64,000 nt of DNA from Minisyncoccota bacterium (GTDB lineage: Bacteria; Patescibacteriota; Minisyncoccia; Phycocordibacterales; WO2-35-19): positions 9,994 to 73,993 of the forward strand of contig DATDXE010000014.1 of NCBI GenBank assembly GCA_036517255.1, in the 5' to 3' direction. The first letter of the stretch is position 1. Each line of letters begins with the position of its first letter. The notes under the pieces were generated by a model. It was not told the origin of the DNA. It saw only the letters and a list, made by a program, of their open reading frames with translations, and did not search any database. Made by a program: the position numbers and the translations under genes. Shown here one piece after another: positions 48,820 to 57,098 of this stretch.

Positions 48820-49353
48820 ATGCGAAATAAATATTTACCTGCAAAAAAAGATTTCTTTTTCGCTCTCAGCTTGGCCTGTCTTTCCTTGCTTGGATTTTTA
48901 GCTACTATTTTCCTACTCAATTCTAAAAGTGCCTCTCTGGTCGAGGCTTTGCCCGGCTCTCTCGATGCTCCGCTCGATATCGAAACCGTGCTGGCAATAA
49001 AGAAAACTCTGGCAGAAAAGAAGGTGGATATAGAGACTCTAAATTCTTCCTTCGTTACTTCTAGTGGCGAAGTTGCTTTTATCGAGACGGTAGAAAAGAT
49101 AGCTGCTCTTTCAGGTGTGGATGTGGAAATAGTTTCTGTGGATGTGGGGGAATATGGTGGATCAAAAAACTTTGAAAGTTTGAATTTGCAAGTCCGTTTC
49201 GAAGGAAATTGGAGTGAGGCTGAGGGATTCCTCTCTTCTGTCGAAGATGCTCCTTACGCCGTCACTCTCGGTGACATCGAGATGACGGCTTCGCAGAACG
49301 CAGTTTGGCTTGGCGAAGTAGGGCTTTCTGTACTGAAAGTGAAAAACAAATAA
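48820..49353 (+). CDS. PilO-like bitopic membrane protein
   Basis: Single N-terminal TM, coiled-coil then alpha/beta region; operon position. Confidence 0.3.
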   Translation: MRNKYLPAKKDFFFALSLACLSLLGFLATIFLLNSKSASLVEALPGSLDAPLDIETVLAIKKTLAEKKVDIETLNSSFVTSSGEVAFIETVEKIAALSGVDVEIVSVDVGEYGGSKNFESLNLQVRFEGNWSEAEGFLSSVEDAPYAVTLGDIEMTASQNAVWLGEVGLSVLKVKNK

Positions 49354-49354
49354 A

Positions 49355-49636
49355 ATGTTGAAAATTCCTTTTTTAAAAAATAATAAGGCTCCGACCTTGG
49401 TAGGTTTGCACAAAAAAGCTACTTCTCCTGGTGCGGTATGGATAATTATCATTCTGACCTCTGTTGCCCTAGTTTTTATTTGTGCCTTGTATTCTCTATA
49501 TATATCGGTGCGCCTCTTAAATAATGATCCGTTTGTGCGCGCCCGCGATACCTCTCTTGAGCTATCAAAAAATATCAATGTAGAACGCTTGGAAAAAGCA
49601 GTGCAAATAATAAAAGAGAAACAAAATCAATTTTGA
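49355..49636 (+). CDS. small membrane protein of pilMNO-like operon
   Basis: 93 aa with one TM helix. Confidence 0.3.
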   Translation: MLKIPFLKNNKAPTLVGLHKKATSPGAVWIIIILTSVALVFICALYSLYISVRLLNNDPFVRARDTSLELSKNINVERLEKAVQIIKEKQNQF

Positions 49637-49681
49637 CACCTGACTTGGTTCAGGTAGATTGATAGGAGGAAAGGAGGGCGC

Positions 49682-50029
49682 ATGCCCATCGATCAGAATA
49701 AACTAGCTTTCTTCATCGAGAAGGGACTCGTGTTTGTCGAGAGTGGGCTGGTCGGAGAGGCGAGGGACTGTTACATACGCATTGCGGTGGGTAGTAGACC
49801 TCTCTTTCAGGCTTGTGTCCTCGGCATCGCTCTCGCTGGGAAGCTTAGAAGTCCGGCTGACGCCGTGAGCCTTTTTCCGAAAGATGGAAGTTGGCCTCAT
49901 TTGGCCCACCTTCTTGATTGTGATTTGGAACTAGCTCGGCGGGTCGTGGCTTACCACATGTCGGGTGAGAGTGCCAAAGAAATCATGCTACTTCTTCGGG
50001 CTGGTCCCCTCGAGCATCTCACTTTCTAG
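49682..50029 (+). CDS. GC-rich hypothetical protein (possible Roadblock/LC7-like fold)
   Basis: 115 aa; GC much higher than flanks; weak alpha-beta-beta pattern. Confidence 0.3.
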   Translation: MPIDQNKLAFFIEKGLVFVESGLVGEARDCYIRIAVGSRPLFQACVLGIALAGKLRSPADAVSLFPKDGSWPHLAHLLDCDLELARRVVAYHMSGESAKEIMLLLRAGPLEHLTF

Positions 50030-50120
50030 CCCCCAACTAAACGATCCCGGGTCGCCCTCACAGGTGGCCCGGTTTCTGTTTGTGTAAGGAGGTAATTAAT
50101 TTAAGGAGTGCGTGTAGTTA

Positions 50121-50159
50121 TAAAAACAGAAACCGCCGAAGCAGGTTTCTGCTCGGCGG
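50121..50159 (-). terminator. Rho-independent terminator for minus-strand gene ending 50177
   Basis: Stem ccgccgaagcag/ctgctcggcgg followed on minus strand by TTTCTGTTTTTAT. Confidence 0.55.
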
Positions 50160-50176
50160 AATTAAATAATGAAGAG

Positions 50177-50455
50177 TCAGACTGAGACTGGCTTGATCCC
50201 GCCAATCCCAGCCATTTCAGATGCGAATCGGAGAGCTTTGCGAGCGACCTCATCGGCAACTGTGGCGATTGCCAGCGGTGTCTCTTGTAGATCACCATTC
50301 TGGTAAACATTCACCACTCCCATACCAGTCGGAAGTTGGGTTACCATTACAACTGAAGTAGTTATCCCTTCCTCCTCTTTGGCACGCTTGCTCCAGTAGG
50401 CAAGCAGAAGTATGGTTTCCTGGAGTTTCTCACTTGCTGAGATTGTTGCGGGCAT
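50177..50455 (-). CDS. GC-rich hypothetical protein, Roadblock/LC7 (MglB)-like
   Basis: 92 aa; pattern LLLAYW...GITTSVVMVTQLPTGMGVV...ETPLAIATVADEVARKALRFASEMAGIGG reminiscent of Roadblock/LC7. Confidence 0.3.
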   Translation of the reverse strand: MPATISASEKLQETILLLAYWSKRAKEEEGITTSVVMVTQLPTGMGVVNVYQNGDLQETPLAIATVADEVARKALRFASEMAGIGGIKPVSV

Positions 50456-50470
50456 AATCTTCTGTCCTTT

Positions 50471-50812
50471 CTAGTTATTACCCGGAATGATCCAAGCGAC
50501 GAGTCGCAGACCCTCCGTAGTTCCTTTCTCGTTCAGATGAGCTACAACTCTCTCTTTCTCCACATCCGCTTCTTCAGCAGTTTGGAAGATCTGAAAGAAA
50601 GTCTTTGGTTCTCCGCAGTGTTCTTGAGGCGGAGCTCCGAGGAGATACTTTTTGCTTTCCTCGCCCTCTTTGACGATGAGTCCGATGGCAAAGTTTCCTT
50701 CCAAGAGGACGGTTTGGCACTTCTTACAACCTTGAGTGATGCCGTGAGGGTGTGTTACCACTTGCACGACTAATGAATTTTCCATTGAGAACGGTTCCCC
50801 TTTCCGCAACAA
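50471..50812 (-). CDS. GC-rich hypothetical protein (true start probably internal Met)
   Basis: ORF with coding-like composition in GC island. Confidence 0.3.
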   Translation of the reverse strand: MLRKGEPFSMENSLVVQVVTHPHGITQGCKKCQTVLLEGNFAIGLIVKEGEESKKYLLGAPPQEHCGEPKTFFQIFQTAEEADVEKERVVAHLNEKGTTEGLRLVAWIIPGNN

Positions 50813-50836
50813 AATTACCTTTTTGGGAAGGGTTTG

Positions 50837-51106
50837 TCAAATCAATCTTTTGTTTCTAAAAGCAAATCCTGAACTGGATTTTAGATACCTCTCAAATTCT
50901 TGTGATTTGGTTTTGTTTTCAAAAGCTCCATACCAAACTAATTTAAATGGAGCCTTTGTGGAGGAGTATGTGGCCTTACTATTATTATGTTCAGTAATTC
51001 TTCTTTTTATATCCGATGTTGAACCAATATAAAAAGTTTTATCTTTTAAACTTTGAATTATATAACAGTAGTACATAGGTATTTGCCCCACGTCGCCCCA
51101 CTCCAC
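50837..51106 (-). CDS. GIY-YIG nuclease-domain protein (UPF0213-like, 89 aa)
   Basis: YYCYIIQSLKDKTFYIGSTSDIKRRITEHNN GIY-YIG motif. Confidence 0.7.
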   Translation of the reverse strand: MEWGDVGQIPMYYCYIIQSLKDKTFYIGSTSDIKRRITEHNNSKATYSSTKAPFKLVWYGAFENKTKSQEFERYLKSSSGFAFRNKRLI

Positions 51107-51129
51107 TACGTTACGCGGGGCTATGCGGG

Positions 51130-51234
51130 ACCACTTCGCTTTTTATAATAACGAAATTAGTACTATTTTGAAAATTGTTTTTCTGGTGCTTGCACCGCGA
51201 AGCTTTTGGAGCATAGCGGAAAAAGCGAAGTGGT
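51130..51234. repeat. 15-bp inverted repeat (accacttcgcttttt / aaaaagcgaagtggt) flanking 75 nt, right arm overlapping tRNA-Arg 3' end
   Basis: Arms at 51130-51144 and 51220-51234 are exact reverse complements. Confidence 0.6.
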
Positions 51235-51305
51235 GCTCCCGGCAGGAATCGAACCTACATCAACTCCTTAGAAGAGAGCTGCTCTATCCATTGAGCTACG
51301 GGAGC
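51231..51305 (-). tRNA. tRNA-Arg (anticodon TCT) with encoded CCA
   Basis: Manual cloverleaf: acceptor gctcccg/cgggagc, D-loop aatggata, anticodon loop cttctaa, T-loop ttcgatt. Confidence 0.8.
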
Positions 51306-51369
51306 AATCTTACTCACGCGCCGATTGCTGTGGCGTTGGAACCAGTTTAATACAAAAAGGAAGTACGAG

Positions 51370-51624
51370 CTAGCCGTACTCCTTTATGAGTTTTGCCACT
51401 TCTTCTTCGGAGATCGGCCCGTAAGTGTAACACCGATCTTCTTCCTCTGGTTCGCAGCAGTCGCATTCAAAGTCGTCTTCCCACTGAATGTAACGACCGT
51501 CTGGCAACTTGAAAACATGAGCGCACCAATGAGCTGTCGGCAATATGCAACTAGTGTCGCACTTGCCGTAGTCTTGGAAAATATCCTCTTTTCGGGGAGG
51601 ATTTGCGTAGCAAAGTTCAGCCAT
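51370..51624 (-). CDS. small cysteine-rich protein (8 Cys in 84 aa) between two tRNA genes
   Basis: Minus-strand ORF with ordered Cys spacing (CxxxC, CDCC); opposite-strand ORF 51325-51660 looks like noise. Confidence 0.4.
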   Translation of the reverse strand: MAELCYANPPRKEDIFQDYGKCDTSCILPTAHWCAHVFKLPDGRYIQWEDDFECDCCEPEEEDRCYTYGPISEEEVAKLIKEYG

Positions 51625-51678
51625 ATCGATCCTTCCCTTCTGAAGACTAATCTACCCTAGATAGTATCAAATTCAAAG

Positions 51679-51751
51679 TGCGGGATGCAGGACTCGAACC
51701 TGCGACCTTCCCAGTGTAAATGGGTTGCTCTACCAACTGAGCTAATCCCGC
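51679..51751 (-). tRNA. tRNA-Val (anticodon TAC), no encoded CCA
   Basis: Manual cloverleaf: acceptor gcgggat/atcccgc, anticodon loop tttacac, T-loop ttcgagt. Confidence 0.85.
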
Positions 51752-51830
51752 AATCGGATGAAAGCTAAATGTGCGATATTTAAAACAGGAACAAATATAC
51801 CATAACATTAATTTATGGCATAGTATATAA

Positions 51831-52574
51831 ATGCAACCGGAAATAATCTATGAAGATGAAAGTATCGTGGCTGTAAATAAGCCTTCTGGACTCTTGGTCC
51901 ATCCTGCTTCATCTACAGAAAGGCCGGACGCTATTTCTAAAGAAGAAACTCTTTCTGATTGGGTATTGGCAAAATATCCTGGAACGGCTGAAGTGGGTGA
52001 GCCGATTATTTTAAAAACAGGAGAAATCATAAAAAGGCCGGGTATCGTGCATCGGTTGGACAAAGAGACGAGCGGTGTTATCCTCATCGCTAAAACAGAG
52101 GAAGCTTTCCAGCATTTGAAATCGCAATTTAAAAACAGGCAAATAGAAAAAACATATCGGGCTTTTGTGTGGGGGAATTTTAAAGAGCTCGAGGGAGAAA
52201 TAAATAAACCTATTGGTCGAAGCGTTTCTGATTTTAGAAAGAAGTCGGCTGGCCGCGGAGCTACTGGCTTACAAAGAGAAGCTCTTACTTTATACAAAGT
52301 CATAGCTCAAAATAATGAGAATGCCTATTTGGAAGTGTATCCTAAAACGGGACGCACTCATCAGATAAGGGTACATTTGCAGTCGATAAGCCGGCCTGTT
52401 GTCGGTGATACTCTCTATGCTCCGAAACTGCCTCTAGCTTTGGGCTTCGAGCGCCTTGCTTTGCATGCTCTTTCAGTCAAGTTCCTCGACCTTTCTGGGA
52501 AAGAAATCTCTGTCTTAGCTCCTCTGCCCCAGGATTTTAAAGAGGCGGAAGCTTGCTTTTTAGACAACAAATGA
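51831..52574 (+). CDS. RluA-family pseudouridine synthase
   Basis: Catalytic motif HRLDKETSGVILIAKT. Confidence 0.75.
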   Translation: MQPEIIYEDESIVAVNKPSGLLVHPASSTERPDAISKEETLSDWVLAKYPGTAEVGEPIILKTGEIIKRPGIVHRLDKETSGVILIAKTEEAFQHLKSQFKNRQIEKTYRAFVWGNFKELEGEINKPIGRSVSDFRKKSAGRGATGLQREALTLYKVIAQNNENAYLEVYPKTGRTHQIRVHLQSISRPVVGDTLYAPKLPLALGFERLALHALSVKFLDLSGKEISVLAPLPQDFKEAEACFLDNK

Positions 52575-52620
52575 TATAATATAGGTAGATGCAGAAAGGA
52601 CCCCAAGCCCCTGCACAAGT

Positions 52621-53361
52621 GTGTTTTTAACGAAAGATGAGGGCGACTATATGTCGATTGCATCTACTGTAAAAGAAGGTCAGATCGATGAGATCTGCCG
52701 GACTGCCGACGCATTTACGAAATCCGTGGTGCGTACTGCTCTCGAAGAATTGATTGCCGAAGGCGAACTCGAAACTGAGGGAGCTCAGCGGGTAATCTCA
52801 AATGGTGATCGTCTGAGAGCCAAAATGATCCCCGCCTACAAGGTGGCGATTGCGGAACTCTCAACGAAAAGAACGAGCTGTCTTGCACTCATTTCGAGTG
52901 GCAAGAAGGTCGTCATCAAGGCTACGACTGGCAAGAAATTGATCAGTGGGGCTAAGGACACGTTCCCTGGTTGGATCGATGCCGACTTTACAAATTACGG
53001 CTGCGATGTTCTCGGAGAGGCGAAGCCGGAAACGCCAGTCGAAGTCTTCGAGATGACAGCTGCCGCTGATTTCTCGGGCATATTTGGGAGTTTCGATGTT
53101 GAGCTCGATGATCTCGCCTTCGACCAAGAGCAGGTGATCGAGTTTGCCCGCGAAAATACAGACTGGCTTCATCCGGAAGGCTACGCCACCTTGCTTCTTT
53201 TCAAAGTTGGAAAAGGTGGGAAAAAGAAGTTCTTCGTGGCGCGTGTCTGCCGGAGTGCCGGCCGTCTCGAGGCCTATGCCCACCACTTTTCGATCGACTA
53301 TGTCTGGGATGCCGAGCACCGGTATCGTGTGGTTGTCCCGCAACTGAAACTCAAATCTTAG
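52621..53361 (+). CDS. DGR target protein 2 (VR at C-terminus), moderately GC-rich
   Basis: 3' 117 nt match TR 53665-53781 except at TR adenines. Confidence 0.8.
   Translation: MFLTKDEGDYMSIASTVKEGQIDEICRTADAFTKSVVRTALEELIAEGELETEGAQRVISNGDRLRAKMIPAYKVAIAELSTKRTSCLALISSGKKVVIKATTGKKLISGAKDTFPGWIDADFTNYGCDVLGEAKPETPVEVFEMTAAADFSGIFGSFDVELDDLAFDQEQVIEFARENTDWLHPEGYATLLLFKVGKGGKKKFFVARVCRSAGRLEAYAHHFSIDYVWDAEHRYRVVVPQLKLKS
53230..53346 (+). repeat. DGR variable repeat VR2
   Basis: 117 nt aligned to TR2 with about 17 mismatches, all at TR adenines. Confidence 0.9.
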
Positions 53362-53664
53362 GGCTCGACCCTTTGATTCTCAATCCCTTGGACCCTCTAT
53401 CAACTTTGGTTGGTATGGCCCAAGGGATTTTTGTTATACTAATATTCCAATATATGGATGCATCGCGGTCATGACTTCGATGCCATGATTGGGTGAAAAT
53501 ATTATTTGAGAATTTTGTTGGCTACGGCTTATAGAAGAGTAGATATATTTTTACAAACAAAAAATATTTAGTTGGTGTAGTAAACTGGAGGACTTTTATG
53601 TCCCAAATAATATAGCTTTTTGTCGTGATTCGGCAGATTGCTTTTTGGATGGTTTACTGCACAT

Positions 53665-53781
53665 TTCTTCGTGGCGAATGTCTACCGGAATGCCGGCAAT
53701 CTCAAGGCCAATGCCAACCACTTTTCGAACGACAATGTCTGGAATGCCGAGAACCGGAATCGTGTGGTTGTCCCGAAACTA
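53665..53781 (+). repeat. DGR template repeat TR2
   Basis: Adenine-rich invariant partner of VR2; shares gacaa(c/t)gtctggaatg(t/c)cgagaacc core with TR1. Confidence 0.9.
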
Positions 53782-53804
53782 GTTATTTCTTCCCGAGAAA
53801 TTTA

Positions 53805-54149
53805 TTACTTCGCGGGGAGTTTTGTTTCCAAGCCTTTCTTCCATCCTCCGAGCATTCGACCTATCTCTTCAAGTTTCACTGACAGTTCAGAATGTTTTTC
53901 TGTCGGTATGAGTTTATTCTCCCAAGCTAGTTGCACGAAGAATTTTACTGCATCGAGTTTTGAGATCGTCTTCCTAAGTGCTATAATTTTCTCTACTGTT
54001 GGCAGATAAGCTGAATTTAGAGTGTATTCCAGGAGAGATAAGAGACTCTGGTCTAATCTATAACCGATTCCGAACCTTTCGACCCTAGGGAAGTTCCTTA
54101 AAATATTGAGCCAGAGAGAATAAACCTCTTTTTCTTTTATAATTACCAC
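53805..54149 (-). CDS. avd: Avd-like accessory variability determinant 2 (GTG start)
   Basis: 114 aa helical protein with same pattern and position as avd1. Confidence 0.6.
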   Translation of the reverse strand: MVIIKEKEVYSLWLNILRNFPRVERFGIGYRLDQSLLSLLEYTLNSAYLPTVEKIIALRKTISKLDAVKFFVQLAWENKLIPTEKHSELSVKLEEIGRMLGGWKKGLETKLPAK

Positions 54150-54161
54150 GGGCGGTCGTGC

Positions 54162-54171
54162 GGGGGGGGGG
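54162..54171. repeat. G10 homopolymer tract between avd2 start and RT2 start
   Basis: cggggggggggc directly read from sequence. Confidence 0.85.
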
Positions 54172-54204
54172 CATTATTGTCATATTTTTTGTGTTCTAAT
54201 TTTT

Positions 54205-55203
54205 ATGAAAAATAAAATAATCATCTCTTATCTAGATATTATATCAGTTCAAAATCTTTACGAAGCATGGGAAGAATTTCTGCCCGGAAAAAAGAAGAAA
54301 GAAGATGTGGCAGAATTTGCATTAAATTTGTCTAGTAATATTTTAAAATTGCATTCCGATCTAGTTAATAGAAATTATACCCATGGAGCTTACAAAGCTT
54401 TTAACATTTCTGACCCAAAACCTCGTAATATTCATAAAGCCTCTGTTCGCGATCGGCTCTTGCACCATGCTATTTATAAAATCCTGTACCCATACTTCGA
54501 TAGGCTTTTTATTTTTGACTCATATTCCTGTCGTGTGGCTAAAGGAACACACAAAGCCATAGAAAGATTTAAAAAATTTGGAAACCAAGTCTCCAAGAGC
54601 AATACCAAAACTTGTTGGGTTTTGAAGTGTGACATACGAAAATTTTTTGCAAGTATAAATCATAAGATTTTGCTAGACATTTTAAAAAAATATATAAAAG
54701 ACCGAGAAATCATTTGGCTTCTAGAAAGAATTATATTAAGTTTCTTTTCAACAAAGGTTGGGGTCGGTTTACCTCTGGGCAATCTTACGTCTCAACTTTT
54801 GGTGAATATTTATATGAATGAATTTGATCAATATATAAAACATATATTAAAAATTCGACATTATATACGTTATGCCGATGATTTTGTTTTTCTTGATACT
54901 GATAAGGATCGGCTTTTGGAACTTATTCCTAGGACAGCTGATTTTCTAGACGAGCACCTCAAACTACAAATTCATCCTGACAAACTGTTTATCCGAACTC
55001 TTGCTTCTGGCTTGGATTTTCTCGGCTGGGTACATTTTCCGAAATATCGAGTATTGCGGACCGTAACAAAAAGGAGAATGTTCAAAAGAATAAAAGAAGT
55101 AGAGTGGAATAAAGAGACGGTAGGTTCTTATCTTGGGATGCTAAGATGGGGGGATAATTACAATCTGGAGCAGATTATAGAAGATGAAAAATCGTTGCAC
55201 TGA
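54205..55203 (+). CDS. DGR reverse transcriptase 2 (paralog of RT1)
   Basis: Same RT motifs incl. IRYADDFVFL; roughly 65% identical to RT1 by eye. Confidence 0.85.
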   Translation: MKNKIIISYLDIISVQNLYEAWEEFLPGKKKKEDVAEFALNLSSNILKLHSDLVNRNYTHGAYKAFNISDPKPRNIHKASVRDRLLHHAIYKILYPYFDRLFIFDSYSCRVAKGTHKAIERFKKFGNQVSKSNTKTCWVLKCDIRKFFASINHKILLDILKKYIKDREIIWLLERIILSFFSTKVGVGLPLGNLTSQLLVNIYMNEFDQYIKHILKIRHYIRYADDFVFLDTDKDRLLELIPRTADFLDEHLKLQIHPDKLFIRTLASGLDFLGWVHFPKYRVLRTVTKRRMFKRIKEVEWNKETVGSYLGMLRWGDNYNLEQIIEDEKSLH

Positions 55204-55232
55204 AGCACTTTATGTGTTAGATTTGTCCAGTC

Positions 55233-55682
55233 ATGATTATTTCGCCTGTAAATATCGAAGAGAGAGAAAAGCTCGACCTCCGCAGTGGGGACACTATTCG
55301 CGTTACTCAGAAAATCACTGAAAAAGATAAGAAAACAGGCAAACCTAAAGTTCGTCTCCAATTGTTCGAAGGCTTGTGCCTCGCAGTAAAGCACGGCAAG
55401 GAAGCGGGAGGCACTTTCACCTTGAGAAAAGTGGCGAGTGGGGTGGGGGTAGAAAGAATTTTCCCTTTGTATTCTCCATCTATCGATAAAATAGAAGTTA
55501 CAAAAAGATCAAAAGTGCGCAGAGCCAAGCTCTATCACATTCGCGAAAAAGCTGCCAAAGAAATCAAGAGGCAGATGAGGAATATAAGAACTCTACCTGA
55601 AGTTTCCGTGCCCGAAGAAATACTTGAACCTATAGAAAATATCGCTCCGGAAACTCAAAAACAAGAAGCCAAAGTTGAATAA
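55233..55682 (+). CDS. rplS: 50S ribosomal protein L19 with C-terminal extension
   Basis: GDTIRVTQKITEKDKKTGKPKVRLQLFEGLCLAVKHG...FTLRKVASGVGVERIFPLYSPSIDKIEV matches L19. Confidence 0.8.
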   Translation: MIISPVNIEEREKLDLRSGDTIRVTQKITEKDKKTGKPKVRLQLFEGLCLAVKHGKEAGGTFTLRKVASGVGVERIFPLYSPSIDKIEVTKRSKVRRAKLYHIREKAAKEIKRQMRNIRTLPEVSVPEEILEPIENIAPETQKQEAKVE

Positions 55683-55711
55683 AGCTCAAATTTAAATATA
55701 CTTTAGCTATT

Positions 55712-55793
55712 GCCCAGGTGGAGAAATTGGTAGACTTACTACCTTGAGGTGGTAGCGCCGAAAGGCATGCAGGTTCGAGTCCTGTCCTGGGCA
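55712..55793 (+). tRNA. tRNA-Leu (anticodon GAG), long variable arm
   Basis: Manual cloverleaf: acceptor gcccagg/cctgggc, anticodon stem ctacc/ggtag, loop ttgaggt. Confidence 0.8.
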
Positions 55794-55806
55794 CTCGGTT
55801 ATTAAT

Positions 55807-55881
55807 GGTGGCTATAGTTTAGTGGTAAAACTCCGGTTTGTGGAACCGGTATCGAGAGTCCGATTCTCTCTAGCCACCCCA
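55807..55881 (+). tRNA. tRNA-His (anticodon GTG) with G-1 and encoded CCA
   Basis: Extra 5' G pairing with discriminator C; anticodon stem ccggt/accgg, loop ttgtgga. Confidence 0.8.
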
Positions 55882-55920
55882 AAATTACAAATATACGGAT
55901 TTTGAAAATTTAATACGTGA

Positions 55921-55943
55921 GGGGCCTGGAGTGACCAGGCCCC
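55921..55943. terminator. GC hairpin ggggcctgg-agtga-ccaggcccc, probable terminator for minus-strand ORF 55950-56327
   Basis: 9-bp perfect stem followed on minus strand by AT-rich tract. Confidence 0.45.
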
Positions 55944-55949
55944 GGGGCG

Positions 55950-56327
55950 TTATGCTCGTTCCACATTCTTCATCCACCATACGGAGTAGAGCATTTCATC
56001 TTCGGTCACTCCGCTCTGTCGCCTTGAGACGACTTGAACGTAATCAGGGTGTGAACGCATCAGTTTGCGTCCCTTTCCTCTTACCACGGCGATGGACCCG
56101 GACACCCTGTTCTTCACTAAGTCCCCAGGTTTGAGCGAACTTTTTTCAGTTGCGCTGATAGGGCGACACAGCGATTCTATTGATGCCAATACGAAAAATA
56201 TGGTCGGCTTCGAAATTGCGTTTCGAAACCGACCGCGCCGCTCACAAGGAGCGGGGCTGGCGGAAAGGATGAGACCCTTGCCGACAACATGCACGCCTCG
56301 TGTATCCTCGCGGTCGAATGGTATCAA
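55950..56327 (-). CDS. GC-rich hypothetical protein (real start possibly internal); alternatively part of a structured RNA
   Basis: Only sizeable ORF in about 550-bp GC-rich island; C-terminal half has protein-like composition and terminator-like hairpin downstream. Confidence 0.25.
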   Translation of the reverse strand: MIPFDREDTRGVHVVGKGLILSASPAPCERRGRFRNAISKPTIFFVLASIESLCRPISATEKSSLKPGDLVKNRVSGSIAVVRGKGRKLMRSHPDYVQVVSRRQSGVTEDEMLYSVWWMKNVERA

Positions 56328-56426
56328 GAGAGCCGCCCGCGGTCAACAAGTTATCCACAGTTGCCGTCTGGAGTGGAACCTAGTCTGCCAACCAAGTCCG
56401 CGCTGCCACTGCCCAACCCCTGCGCA

Positions 56427-57080
56427 TCATGAGTTGACTGGCTTTTTCCACATAACCCAAAACATAACAACAAGAAACATAGCTATCGAAAGGTAGAGTG
56501 AGAATTCTCTAAAGGCTTCCGTCAGCACCAACGATCCGAAATAAACTGTCACAAGGTGACTTGGTATCAAGCCTATCAAAGTACCGAGCATATAATCGCT
56601 GAAACTTATTTTGGTAATACCCATTAGGAGGGAGAGGATATTGAAGGGCATGATCGGAGTGATGCGTAAAATCACGACCGCAGTCAAACCTCTTTTCGAT
56701 ACTCTGTCGTAATAGCCGTTGAATTTTTCTAAAGATTCTTTTTCCAAAATATTTTCGATGAAAAGCCGACCCAAGAGGCGAGAGACGATGAATATAATGG
56801 AAGCACTCACCATCCCAGCTACCAAACTGTAGAGTGTGCCTTCGGTAAATCCGAAAAGTACTCCAGCGATCGCCATGAGTGGGGTGGTCGGCGTGACCAT
56901 ACTGAGGAAAGCGTAGAGACTCATGAAAATAATCGGCGCTTTTTGGGAAGCTTCGACATAACTTCGGATTTCTTCTATCGGGATACGATCACCCCATACT
57001 GAATAACTGAAAAGACCGACAATGATGACGCCGGAAAATATGAGAAAGAGGATTGTTCTAAATTTGCCCCACTTTGACAT
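56427..57080 (-). CDS. DedA/TVP38-family membrane protein
   Basis: Characteristic DedA helices (GVLFGFTEGTLYSLVAGMVSASIIFIVSRLLGR). Confidence 0.7.
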   Translation of the reverse strand: MSKWGKFRTILFLIFSGVIIVGLFSYSVWGDRIPIEEIRSYVEASQKAPIIFMSLYAFLSMVTPTTPLMAIAGVLFGFTEGTLYSLVAGMVSASIIFIVSRLLGRLFIENILEKESLEKFNGYYDRVSKRGLTAVVILRITPIMPFNILSLLMGITKISFSDYMLGTLIGLIPSHLVTVYFGSLVLTEAFREFSLYLSIAMFLVVMFWVMWKKPVNS

Positions 57081-57098
57081 ACGTGTATCATATCATTT

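Noticed and set aside
51325-51660. Plus-strand 111-aa ORF overlapping the Cys-rich minus-strand gene
   Set aside because: Its translation is hydrophobic low-complexity with no pattern, whereas the minus-strand product has ordered Cys spacing and acidic residues. Judged antisense noise.
53638-54009. Plus-strand ORF (123 aa) covering TR2 and antisense of avd2
   Set aside because: Same artefact as for TR1; low-complexity Asn-rich translation of the template repeat.
55900-56430. RNase P RNA or tmRNA in the GC-rich island after tRNA-His
   Set aside because: Looked for the P4 strands (AGGAAAGTCCGGGCTCC / ACAGAANCCGGCTTA) and tmRNA tRNA-like ends on both strands and did not find them. Left as unexplained rather than called.
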